Below are positions 9,234 to 16,414 of a stretch of DNA of 35,391 nucleotides, one piece after another (the first letter of the stretch is position 1; each line of letters opens with the position of its first letter). Location: the IMG/VR virus record IMGVR_UViG_3300019781_000047, positions 1-35,391 of that record; one strand, given 5' to 3'. Source of the stretch: a virus. Taxonomy: Duplodnaviria > Caudoviricetes. The position numbers and the translations under genes are program-made. The notes beneath the pieces were generated by a model that saw only the letters and a program-made list of their open reading frames with translations, ran no database searches and was not told the origin of the DNA.

Positions 9234-11636
9234 ATGCCCAATTACTATGATGGGCACCAACAACTAAGAGGGGTCTTTGGCGGATCGCCGGACTCTGTTC
9301 CTGCCACATACGCGCATCAGGCAGTCAACCGCTTCTTCCGCGAGGATTACAACCGCACACGCCCCTCGATTCAGAACATAGAGCTAGAGTTCGAGAATGA
9401 CGATGAGCGGGTGTGGTTTCAGGGCGCAAACGGGCAGGGAGCTACATTCTACAACGGTTATCCGTCCTACCTCACGTCCAAGCTGGTGGCAAGTATCGGT
9501 GGCCGCATCTTCACCATTGAAGTGAACGGGCGACGCGGCATCGTCAAAAAACTGTATGACGGCAACTCGCGCCAGTTCATGCACACTTGGTTCGCGCAGG
9601 GCTTTCAATGGTTGGCGATTCAAGACGGCATCCATCCGCCGCTGTTTTGGGATGGCGTGAATCCGCCAAGACGATCCAACTTAGCCAAGGACGAAATGCC
9701 AGTGGGCAGCGTCATGGCTTTCATTCACGGCAGATTTGTGGTGGCGAGCGCGGACGGCAAGAACAGCATCTACGTTGGAGACATTGCTTACGGCGGCACC
9801 TTGACAAAGCCCGATGATATTTTGAGCTTCACGGAGCGAACTTATTGGGCAGAGGGCGGCAACTTTGGCACCCCTGTTTTCTTGGGCGACATTATGGGCC
9901 TTTACGCGATGCCGTTTCTGGACACGGGCACAGGGCAAAACGAATTGGTAGTAGGTTGCACGAACGGCTTCACGTCGCTCGATTTGTCGCAACCGCGAGA
10001 GCAATGGATCAATACATCGGTGCAGCGTGTGGCACTTATCGGCACCGGGCTTTCATCTTCACACGCATTTGCGGGATTGAACGGCGATATGTTTTACCGT
10101 TCGCAAGCTGGCGTTTCCAGCTATCGCAACTCGCGCATCGAGTATTCGCAGCGATGGAATCAAACGCCTATTTCCAACGAGGTCAATTACTGGCTAGAGC
10201 CTGATAGGAAGGATTATTTGGAGTTCTCGCAAATGACGAGTTGGCAGAACATGGTGATGTGCGGTTCGTCGCCGCTGATTTCCAGCCCGAACAATGGCAG
10301 CTTTGGAAAGCACCGCTATTGCCGGGGCGTCGTGACATTCGACGCCGATCCAATGAGTCGCGCAGGAAGGGACGGAGAACCCGTTTGGCACGGACTTTGG
10401 ACGGGTGTAAGGCCGTGGGCGTTCGCGCAGGGCTTTATCGGCAACGCCAACCGTTGCTTCGCGTTCTCGTATGACAGGGACGGTAGGAATCGGCTTTACG
10501 AGTTCACGCTTTCGGATCGGGACGATTTCTTTGACGGGCAACCACGCAAAATCGATAGCTTTTACACGACCTCGATGTTTGGCAACGTGGAGGAAGTCAC
10601 CAATGCTTTTGCGCCCAAGATTATCAACGGCGGCGTGATTGAGCTTTCGACGATTCGCGGTGCATCCAAGTTCACAGTAGAGTATCGGCCAGATGGATCG
10701 CCTTGCTGGATATTCGTAGATGACGGAGAACCGGGATGCGATTGCGCCACACGCAAGACGTGCGAGGAAGCCCCCGATAGACCCATGACGGCATCGGCGC
10801 AATGGGCGCGGAAGTATTTGCAGCAAGTCCCATCCAACAAGTGCGTGCCCGGCTCAAGTCAGCCCGCAAATGTCTGGCATCATTGTCAGGTCAAAGTTAG
10901 CGGCATCGGCAGTTTCACGGTGGACAGACTGAACATCCGCTTTGAAGTGCGTCCAGATGGCCAGATCGCGGAGTGCCTTGGCAATAACTGCGACCCGATT
11001 GATTGCTGCCCTTCGATTAACGATTACGGCTACAACATCGCGCCTCCGGGAACCAATAATGAGGTTCCATTTACGCCAGAGGAACCGCCGAATGGAAAGG
11101 TGCGAATTGGCACGGATGCCAATGGCAACCCGATTTACGGATGGATTGCCACGCGCACAGCCCGTGTCTGTTGCCCGCAAGACCAGACGATTTGCGTGAT
11201 TGAACAAGCAACCGCAACATCCGTGGTGAGCCAGCTTGCGGCGGACAACGCGGCACTGGCAGCGGCTAATACGGCGGCTAACGCTATACTGAATTGCCCG
11301 GAGTGCGTTACCCAAGTTCTCTCCGATTCCTTCGTAGAGAGCGGTGATTGGATCGATTTCAGCGGGTTCTTTGCAGCAGGAGAATACTCTGGTAGCGAGC
11401 TATTGCCCATCCGCATCGTGAATGTGCTGACAGACACAGAGATCGCGGGAGGCAACGTGGACGAAACGGGAACACTCGTCATAACCCAAGTGCTCGAATA
11501 CGCCGATGGCACGTATGATCCGTTGACGCACATCTACGTGGACAGCGGGCCGGGAAGTGCGCGCATACAACTCCAGATCGGTTGCAATATCAACGGAGCA
11601 TACACTTGGCCTGAGATTTTCCCCTACATAAGTTGA
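9234..11636 (+). CDS. Tail nozzle/stabilisation protein (P22 gp10 / T7 gp12 equivalent) with Cys-rich C-terminal extension
   Basis: 800 aa, beta-propeller-like aromatic/Gly strands ('QDGIHPPLFWDG', 'LNGDMFYRSQAGV', 'TPIS'), position in the tail module; 20 Cys. Confidence 0.7.
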   Translation: MPNYYDGHQQLRGVFGGSPDSVPATYAHQAVNRFFREDYNRTRPSIQNIELEFENDDERVWFQGANGQGATFYNGYPSYLTSKLVASIGGRIFTIEVNGRRGIVKKLYDGNSRQFMHTWFAQGFQWLAIQDGIHPPLFWDGVNPPRRSNLAKDEMPVGSVMAFIHGRFVVASADGKNSIYVGDIAYGGTLTKPDDILSFTERTYWAEGGNFGTPVFLGDIMGLYAMPFLDTGTGQNELVVGCTNGFTSLDLSQPREQWINTSVQRVALIGTGLSSSHAFAGLNGDMFYRSQAGVSSYRNSRIEYSQRWNQTPISNEVNYWLEPDRKDYLEFSQMTSWQNMVMCGSSPLISSPNNGSFGKHRYCRGVVTFDADPMSRAGRDGEPVWHGLWTGVRPWAFAQGFIGNANRCFAFSYDRDGRNRLYEFTLSDRDDFFDGQPRKIDSFYTTSMFGNVEEVTNAFAPKIINGGVIELSTIRGASKFTVEYRPDGSPCWIFVDDGEPGCDCATRKTCEEAPDRPMTASAQWARKYLQQVPSNKCVPGSSQPANVWHHCQVKVSGIGSFTVDRLNIRFEVRPDGQIAECLGNNCDPIDCCPSINDYGYNIAPPGTNNEVPFTPEEPPNGKVRIGTDANGNPIYGWIATRTARVCCPQDQTICVIEQATATSVVSQLAADNAALAAANTAANAILNCPECVTQVLSDSFVESGDWIDFSGFFAAGEYSGSELLPIRIVNVLTDTEIAGGNVDETGTLVITQVLEYADGTYDPLTHIYVDSGPGSARIQLQIGCNINGAYTWPEIFPYIS

Positions 11637-11667
11637 CAACTCAATAAGATCAATATACACGAACATT
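11633..11667 (+). promoter_or_regulatory. Putative late promoter TTGACA-N17-TACACG(AACATT)
   Basis: Perfect TTGACA 11633-11638 and TACACG 11656-11661 in an AT-rich intergenic gap; matches the motif at 3950. Confidence 0.6.
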
Positions 11668-11680
11668 ACGTTCTTCTAAA

Positions 11681-12181
11681 ATGCCCACGAATACTCAAAT
11701 TGTTGCAAATCTAAGTTGGACGGACGCACCCCCTGACCTTTCGTGCGTGCCCGGCGACCTGAACCAACTCGGCCAAGTTCTATCTCAGTTTCTTTCCGTC
11801 AACTCGACCACGAACGAACTGGATACATCCTCGCAAAACCAAATCGCGTATCAGGCGCTGGAGCAATCCGCAATCGCGCTGGCGACGGCACGGCAGGCGC
11901 AGGCCGCGCAGCCATCGTTGCGAAGCAGTCTCGCCCCAATTCCGCTTGCGCCCGGCACATTCCAATCGTTGCCAATTTCTTGGGAACCAGATATGCCCGA
12001 TACAAACTACATGGTGATCGGCACGTTCTACGGAGATACGGGAAACCTTGGCGCAAACAAGCCAAACTTTCGTGTTATCACAGGAACTCGCGAAGTTGGC
12101 GGATGCACCCTTGGTATCGAAGATATTCCCACTGGCAAAAACTTCGCTTTTTCATATCTCGTTCGTTCTCTAACACGGTGA
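11681..12181 (+). CDS. Small tail/fibre-tip structural protein
   Basis: Short coiled coil followed by a 'MPDTNYMV' beta domain of the kind found at phage fibre C-termini. Confidence 0.55.
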   Translation: MPTNTQIVANLSWTDAPPDLSCVPGDLNQLGQVLSQFLSVNSTTNELDTSSQNQIAYQALEQSAIALATARQAQAAQPSLRSSLAPIPLAPGTFQSLPISWEPDMPDTNYMVIGTFYGDTGNLGANKPNFRVITGTREVGGCTLGIEDIPTGKNFAFSYLVRSLTR

Positions 12182-13149
12182 AAACACAGCGCACCATCGT
12201 TAATGACATTCTCGCGGACGTTGCGCCGATGGTATTGGACAGCGGCGTGTGTCCTACTACCGAGGACGGGATCAAAGTCATCCTCGATTTCTTGGACAAG
12301 GCGTGTTTCGCGTTGCACAAGCGGATTGACAGCGAGGGCACGCTTTTCGAGTGGTATGTGCCGGTGAACAGCGGATGTTTCGCGCTCCCGCAGGATTGCC
12401 GGGAGGCTCGGCAAATCGGCATCAACGGCTTGCCGCTTCGTCAGCGGAGCGAGTTCTACATCGGAAAGGTTGCCACTGGCGGCAACTACGGCGGATGCGG
12501 CGTATTCGAGTGCCGCGACTTGGGCGACTTCTACATCCCGCAATACCTGCCAAAGACACGCGGAATCCGAATTGCGCTGGTGGCGACAGAGGACGCGGAC
12601 GCGGGCAAGGAAGTGCTCATCGAAGTCACCAATGAGCACGGCGTTCCTGTGCGCGAAACTCTGGTGTTGAAACGGGACGCGATGCCAGTCACGATGGAGT
12701 CAGTTGCGTATGACGTGACGTATTTCAAGAAGCCAAAGACAACTGGGCCTGTCTTACTTCAACTGCAATACGACGATGGGCAACGGTTCAACTTCTGTTC
12801 GTATCTGCCGGACACAGAGGAAGGGCTATTCCGGCGCAAGGAACTGCCACGAATGTTTTGGGGCTGCAACATCGCCCGCATCTTGGGCAAGACGCGCTAC
12901 ATCAAAGTGGATAGCGTGAATCAACTGATTCCCTATAACGACCCGCTCGCGCTCATGTCCGCGTGCTCTGCTATCGCGGCACTTCGTCGGCGCGACTTGG
13001 AGCAATACACCGCATGGATGAATCAGGCACTCGATGAACTGAAAGCGCAGATGCGGGATGCCGACAGCGCGGGTAACGTGAAGCAGGTCACTTTCCGCAG
13101 TAATTTCGCCAATCCGTCCTTAGCGGGGAACTACAAGTCATGGAGCTAA
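12178..13149 (+). CDS. Head-tail adaptor / tail tubular protein A-like (323 aa)
   Basis: Real start is probably GTG 12178 (GTGA overlap), not 11743. N-terminal helices, 'CFALPQD' strand motif and C-terminal helical hairpin as in podoviral adaptors; 9 Cys. Confidence 0.65.
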   Translation: MKTQRTIVNDILADVAPMVLDSGVCPTTEDGIKVILDFLDKACFALHKRIDSEGTLFEWYVPVNSGCFALPQDCREARQIGINGLPLRQRSEFYIGKVATGGNYGGCGVFECRDLGDFYIPQYLPKTRGIRIALVATEDADAGKEVLIEVTNEHGVPVRETLVLKRDAMPVTMESVAYDVTYFKKPKTTGPVLLQLQYDDGQRFNFCSYLPDTEEGLFRRKELPRMFWGCNIARILGKTRYIKVDSVNQLIPYNDPLALMSACSAIAALRRRDLEQYTAWMNQALDELKAQMRDADSAGNVKQVTFRSNFANPSLAGNYKSWS

Positions 13150-13676
13150 AACCATTCATCATTCTCGCGCTGCCCCGTTCAATGACGGGCTGGATTTCCT
13201 GTTTCCTGACAGTTGGCAACGTGTTTTGTCAGCATGAAGTGTATGCGCCTACGCGCCCCGTGGAGGACATTGTTTCGTCCATCCGCAGACAACCCGCGCA
13301 GTTCAGCGGCATCGCGTGTCCGGGGTCTTTGACAATCTGGCGGTCATTACACTTGATGATGCCGGAAGCGAACTTCATTTACATTCGTCGTCCCGCTGAA
13401 TCATCCAAGGCCGCGCTTGCCAAGGTTGCGGGCGTTGATCCATCCCGCATGGATGCTGGCTACGAGATTCTGGAAAGCCGCGCATCGGATTACTTGCAAC
13501 TGGCAGAGCCGAAAGTGATGGACTGCGAGGAACTGACGACATTGGGCGGGATGAGAAAGCTGTGGGAATGGGCGTGCCCCGGCGAACATCTGCCGCCTGA
13601 ACATTTGACGAAAATGCACAGCCTACACATCGAACAACGAAAGGAACTATTTCATGCACAAGTTTTGGGACGATAA
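13140..13676 (+). CDS. Sulfotransferase-like P-loop protein
   Basis: 5'-PSB-like 'FIILALPRSMTGW', downstream 'HE', and 3'-PB-like 'FIYIRRP'. Confidence 0.7.
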   Translation: MELKPFIILALPRSMTGWISCFLTVGNVFCQHEVYAPTRPVEDIVSSIRRQPAQFSGIACPGSLTIWRSLHLMMPEANFIYIRRPAESSKAALAKVAGVDPSRMDAGYEILESRASDYLQLAEPKVMDCEELTTLGGMRKLWEWACPGEHLPPEHLTKMHSLHIEQRKELFHAQVLGR

Positions 13677-14211
13677 TCAAACACTGACGGAGCCGGAAAT
13701 GCGACTTGTCGGCGCGCTTTATCACGCGCACGCGCAATGCGTGTTCCGCGAGAACTGTTCGACGATGGCATTGCAGCAGGCGGCGTTTGGTAGCCGCGAC
13801 CTCGTAAAGAGCTACATCGCCGCACTCGCCACGCTTGGAGACGTTCACGGGCCTGTTGTGGAGGCGTATCGCGTGCTTGCGGGTGAATCACAGGAGCCGG
13901 ACAGGGTAGCAGGATTTGGCAACAGCTTCATCAAAGGCAAAGCCGACCCCGTTTTCGTTAAGGTGCATGAAGCATTGGAAGCGGGATGGCCGGAAATCAT
14001 CAAGCAAATCGAGAAGCAACAGAGCGCGCTTCTGCTTCAAGGCAAAGACCTGCATCCGAATCCAGCCTGCTATACCGCAGCCGTCGCCATTGCATTGGGG
14101 ATGCCGCCGAATCTCGCGCCGAGTCTGTTTGTTCAGGCAAGGCTGGAACCTTGGACGGCGTTGTTTTTTCAAGTGATGAAACAAAATAATAATGTGAAGG
14201 AGGAAGTTTAA
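13654..14211 (+). CDS. Citrate synthase/citryl-CoA lyase-fold protein, truncated and catalytically degenerate
   Basis: Collinear motifs ENCST (cf. NAST), LGDVHGP (cf. GPxHGG), AGFGN (cf. GFGH), DP, LHPNPACY (cf. YPNVDFY), ALGMP, ARLEPW (cf. ARxxGW). Confidence 0.8.
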   Translation: MHKFWDDNQTLTEPEMRLVGALYHAHAQCVFRENCSTMALQQAAFGSRDLVKSYIAALATLGDVHGPVVEAYRVLAGESQEPDRVAGFGNSFIKGKADPVFVKVHEALEAGWPEIIKQIEKQQSALLLQGKDLHPNPACYTAAVAIALGMPPNLAPSLFVQARLEPWTALFFQVMKQNNNVKEEV

Positions 14212-15075
14212 ATGGGCGCTATCATCGCCGGGGCCGTCATTGCAGCAGGCGGGGCTGCATACGCAGCAAATGAATCATCGAAATCCTCGAAAGCGGCGCA
14301 ATCCGGCATGGCGGCACTCGCCAAGAAGGGCAAGCTGGATGACCCGGAGCTTGCGGACTGGCAGAACGCAGCACGGTTTGCCACGAAAGCGAATCAGGCA
14401 AACACGCCAGCGGCCATGTTCTTGGCGAACAACGTCAATCGGTTCAATCAGAATCAGGCGATGAAAGGCTACGAGAAGTTTCAGCCTTACTTCAAACAGA
14501 ACCAAGAACTCATCGGGCGCAATGCCGCCAGCTTTGCCCGTGGCGAACTGCCAAGTGACGTAGTTGGCAACATCGGCAGAGCGGCAGCGCAGCGCGGCAT
14601 CCAAGGCGGCTTTGGCATGAGTCAGGGCGCGGGTGGTGGCGGCACTGCCTTGGGCGGATTGAACCTTCGCAACCTTGGGCTGGCGTCACTCGACTTGAGC
14701 AAGTGGGGCACACAGTTTGCACAGGGAGCAAATCAGGCGGCAGTTGGCATGACGCCGGGCTTGTTTGATGTCAGCAGCCAATTTATGAACCCGGCATTGG
14801 CGATGAACGGGATGCAGTTCAACGCGAACGCGATCAATCAGACGAATCAAATGAACGCTGGATTTGAGAACGCCGTTGGGCAGGCGATGATCAACAACCA
14901 ACAGCAATCGGCTCTCGCACAGGGGCAGGCCGTGCAGGGGGCCAGCAACACCGTGGCGGGCTTGATGAGCACTTACGCGCAGATGCAACAGGCGCAACAG
15001 AACAACAAGACGAATTACGGGGCGAATGATTACGCTCAATACGACAAAAATACCAGACAGTTGATCACTTCATAA
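14212..15075 (+). CDS. Ejection (DNA transfer) protein, P22 gp7-like position
   Basis: Hydrophobic N-terminus MGAIIAGAVIAAGGAAYAA; Gln/Asn/Ala/Gly-rich; no Cys; first of three internal virion genes. Confidence 0.7.
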   Translation: MGAIIAGAVIAAGGAAYAANESSKSSKAAQSGMAALAKKGKLDDPELADWQNAARFATKANQANTPAAMFLANNVNRFNQNQAMKGYEKFQPYFKQNQELIGRNAASFARGELPSDVVGNIGRAAAQRGIQGGFGMSQGAGGGGTALGGLNLRNLGLASLDLSKWGTQFAQGANQAAVGMTPGLFDVSSQFMNPALAMNGMQFNANAINQTNQMNAGFENAVGQAMINNQQQSALAQGQAVQGASNTVAGLMSTYAQMQQAQQNNKTNYGANDYAQYDKNTRQLITS

Positions 15076-15076
15076 T

Positions 15077-16411
15077 ATGCCACTAGGATTTGAACCGGGA
15101 GTAGCACAAGCGCAACTCGCCATGAGCGAGCGTTACGGGGATCGCCTTGTCAATTCGCTGGCGCAAGCCGGGCAAATGATTGAGGTCGGCTTAAAGACCG
15201 TGACGACGATGAAAGAGCTTTCCAGCTTGGGGCAGCAAATGTCTCAGTTGTCGCCTGAATCGCCCGACTATCAGCAACAGCTAATTGGGCTTGGCGCAAG
15301 GCATCCGTTTGCCATGCAGACGCCGCAAGCACAGCAGATGATGCAGGCGCAAAACCAGCAGCATTTGCAGTGGAAAAACCAGCAGCACGCGATTGCGATG
15401 AGCGAGCGGCAGGATGCGCGGGCGGATGCGCCTCTTGCTATGTCTGAGAAAAATCAGTTGCGCCGGGATGCAAACCAAATGGCGATTGCAAAGCTGAGAT
15501 ATGGCGCGGATGAAAGTCCACTCGCACCCGTTACTCGCGTGCCGGAGACTGAAACGAAATCGGTCTATTCTGAACCCATTGGGCTAGGGCAAACGCAACT
15601 GAATAAAACACCAACATCCAGCCTAGAGCCGCAAAGCATCGGTATCGGCTATGGACAGCAACAGCTTGAGCAGGCGGTGCCGGAAATGGCGTCAATGACG
15701 CCGGAAGAAATACAAGTTCCGCGCACGCTGAGTCGCGCACAAAAGATCGCAAACACGATTGCAGATATTGAGGGGGGATCGGGCATCACCACTAACGCAA
15801 AGCAGCGGCAAGCCATCGCGGCGAGCATGATCGGGGCTGACGGCAGGGCAGCGATGCAGGAAGATCGGCAAGAGGACATGGCGGTTCGGGCGAAGATGGC
15901 CGCGCAAGCCAAGGCTGACGCATTTGATCGCACGCACGCAACGCTGGAAGAAGCTCAGGTAGGGCTGACATCAATCGGTGGCGGCAAATACGAGCGCGAG
16001 GACGGGGAGATTGTTCGACTTGATAAAATGGCATCTGGCGGGTGGCGACAGAAGCTAGTGACTACACCCCCTGAAAAGCAGATTAGCGATATACAAAAGA
16101 GACGACTCAACAAGCTGGAGGACGACATTGACGGATTTACCCGTGAGGCACGAAAGATTCGCGCTTCAATGAAAGGCACAACCCCTAAAAAATCAAAAGA
16201 GCTAGAGGCCGCTGCTATTGAGCAGGAAAATAAAGCAAAGGCACTCACGGAAGAATACGATGCCCTGATAGTCGAACTTGGCGACGGATCAAAAGATGAC
16301 ACCGTTTATCCCGATGAGGCCGCTGCGCTAAAAGCAGGGCGGAAGAAGGGCGACCAGATACTCGTAATCAACCCAAGAACAGGAAAACCAGCACGCGCAA
16401 TTCTCGAATGA
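15077..16411 (+). CDS. Second ejection/internal virion protein
   Basis: Helical Gln/Ala-rich 444 aa, no Cys, between the gp7-like gene and the giant gene. Confidence 0.65.
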   Translation: MPLGFEPGVAQAQLAMSERYGDRLVNSLAQAGQMIEVGLKTVTTMKELSSLGQQMSQLSPESPDYQQQLIGLGARHPFAMQTPQAQQMMQAQNQQHLQWKNQQHAIAMSERQDARADAPLAMSEKNQLRRDANQMAIAKLRYGADESPLAPVTRVPETETKSVYSEPIGLGQTQLNKTPTSSLEPQSIGIGYGQQQLEQAVPEMASMTPEEIQVPRTLSRAQKIANTIADIEGGSGITTNAKQRQAIAASMIGADGRAAMQEDRQEDMAVRAKMAAQAKADAFDRTHATLEEAQVGLTSIGGGKYEREDGEIVRLDKMASGGWRQKLVTTPPEKQISDIQKRRLNKLEDDIDGFTREARKIRASMKGTTPKKSKELEAAAIEQENKAKALTEEYDALIVELGDGSKDDTVYPDEAAALKAGRKKGDQILVINPRTGKPARAILE

Positions 16412-16414
16412 CCT

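Noticed and set aside
11743-12177. N-terminal 145 aa of the 468-aa ORF
   Set aside because: Overlaps the better-supported 11681-12181 gene and has an Arg-rich off-frame composition; GTGA coupling points to a start at 12178.
13654-14211. Functional citrate synthase as an auxiliary metabolic gene
   Set aside because: Catalytic His305 and Asp362 equivalents are substituted and the protein is about half normal length.
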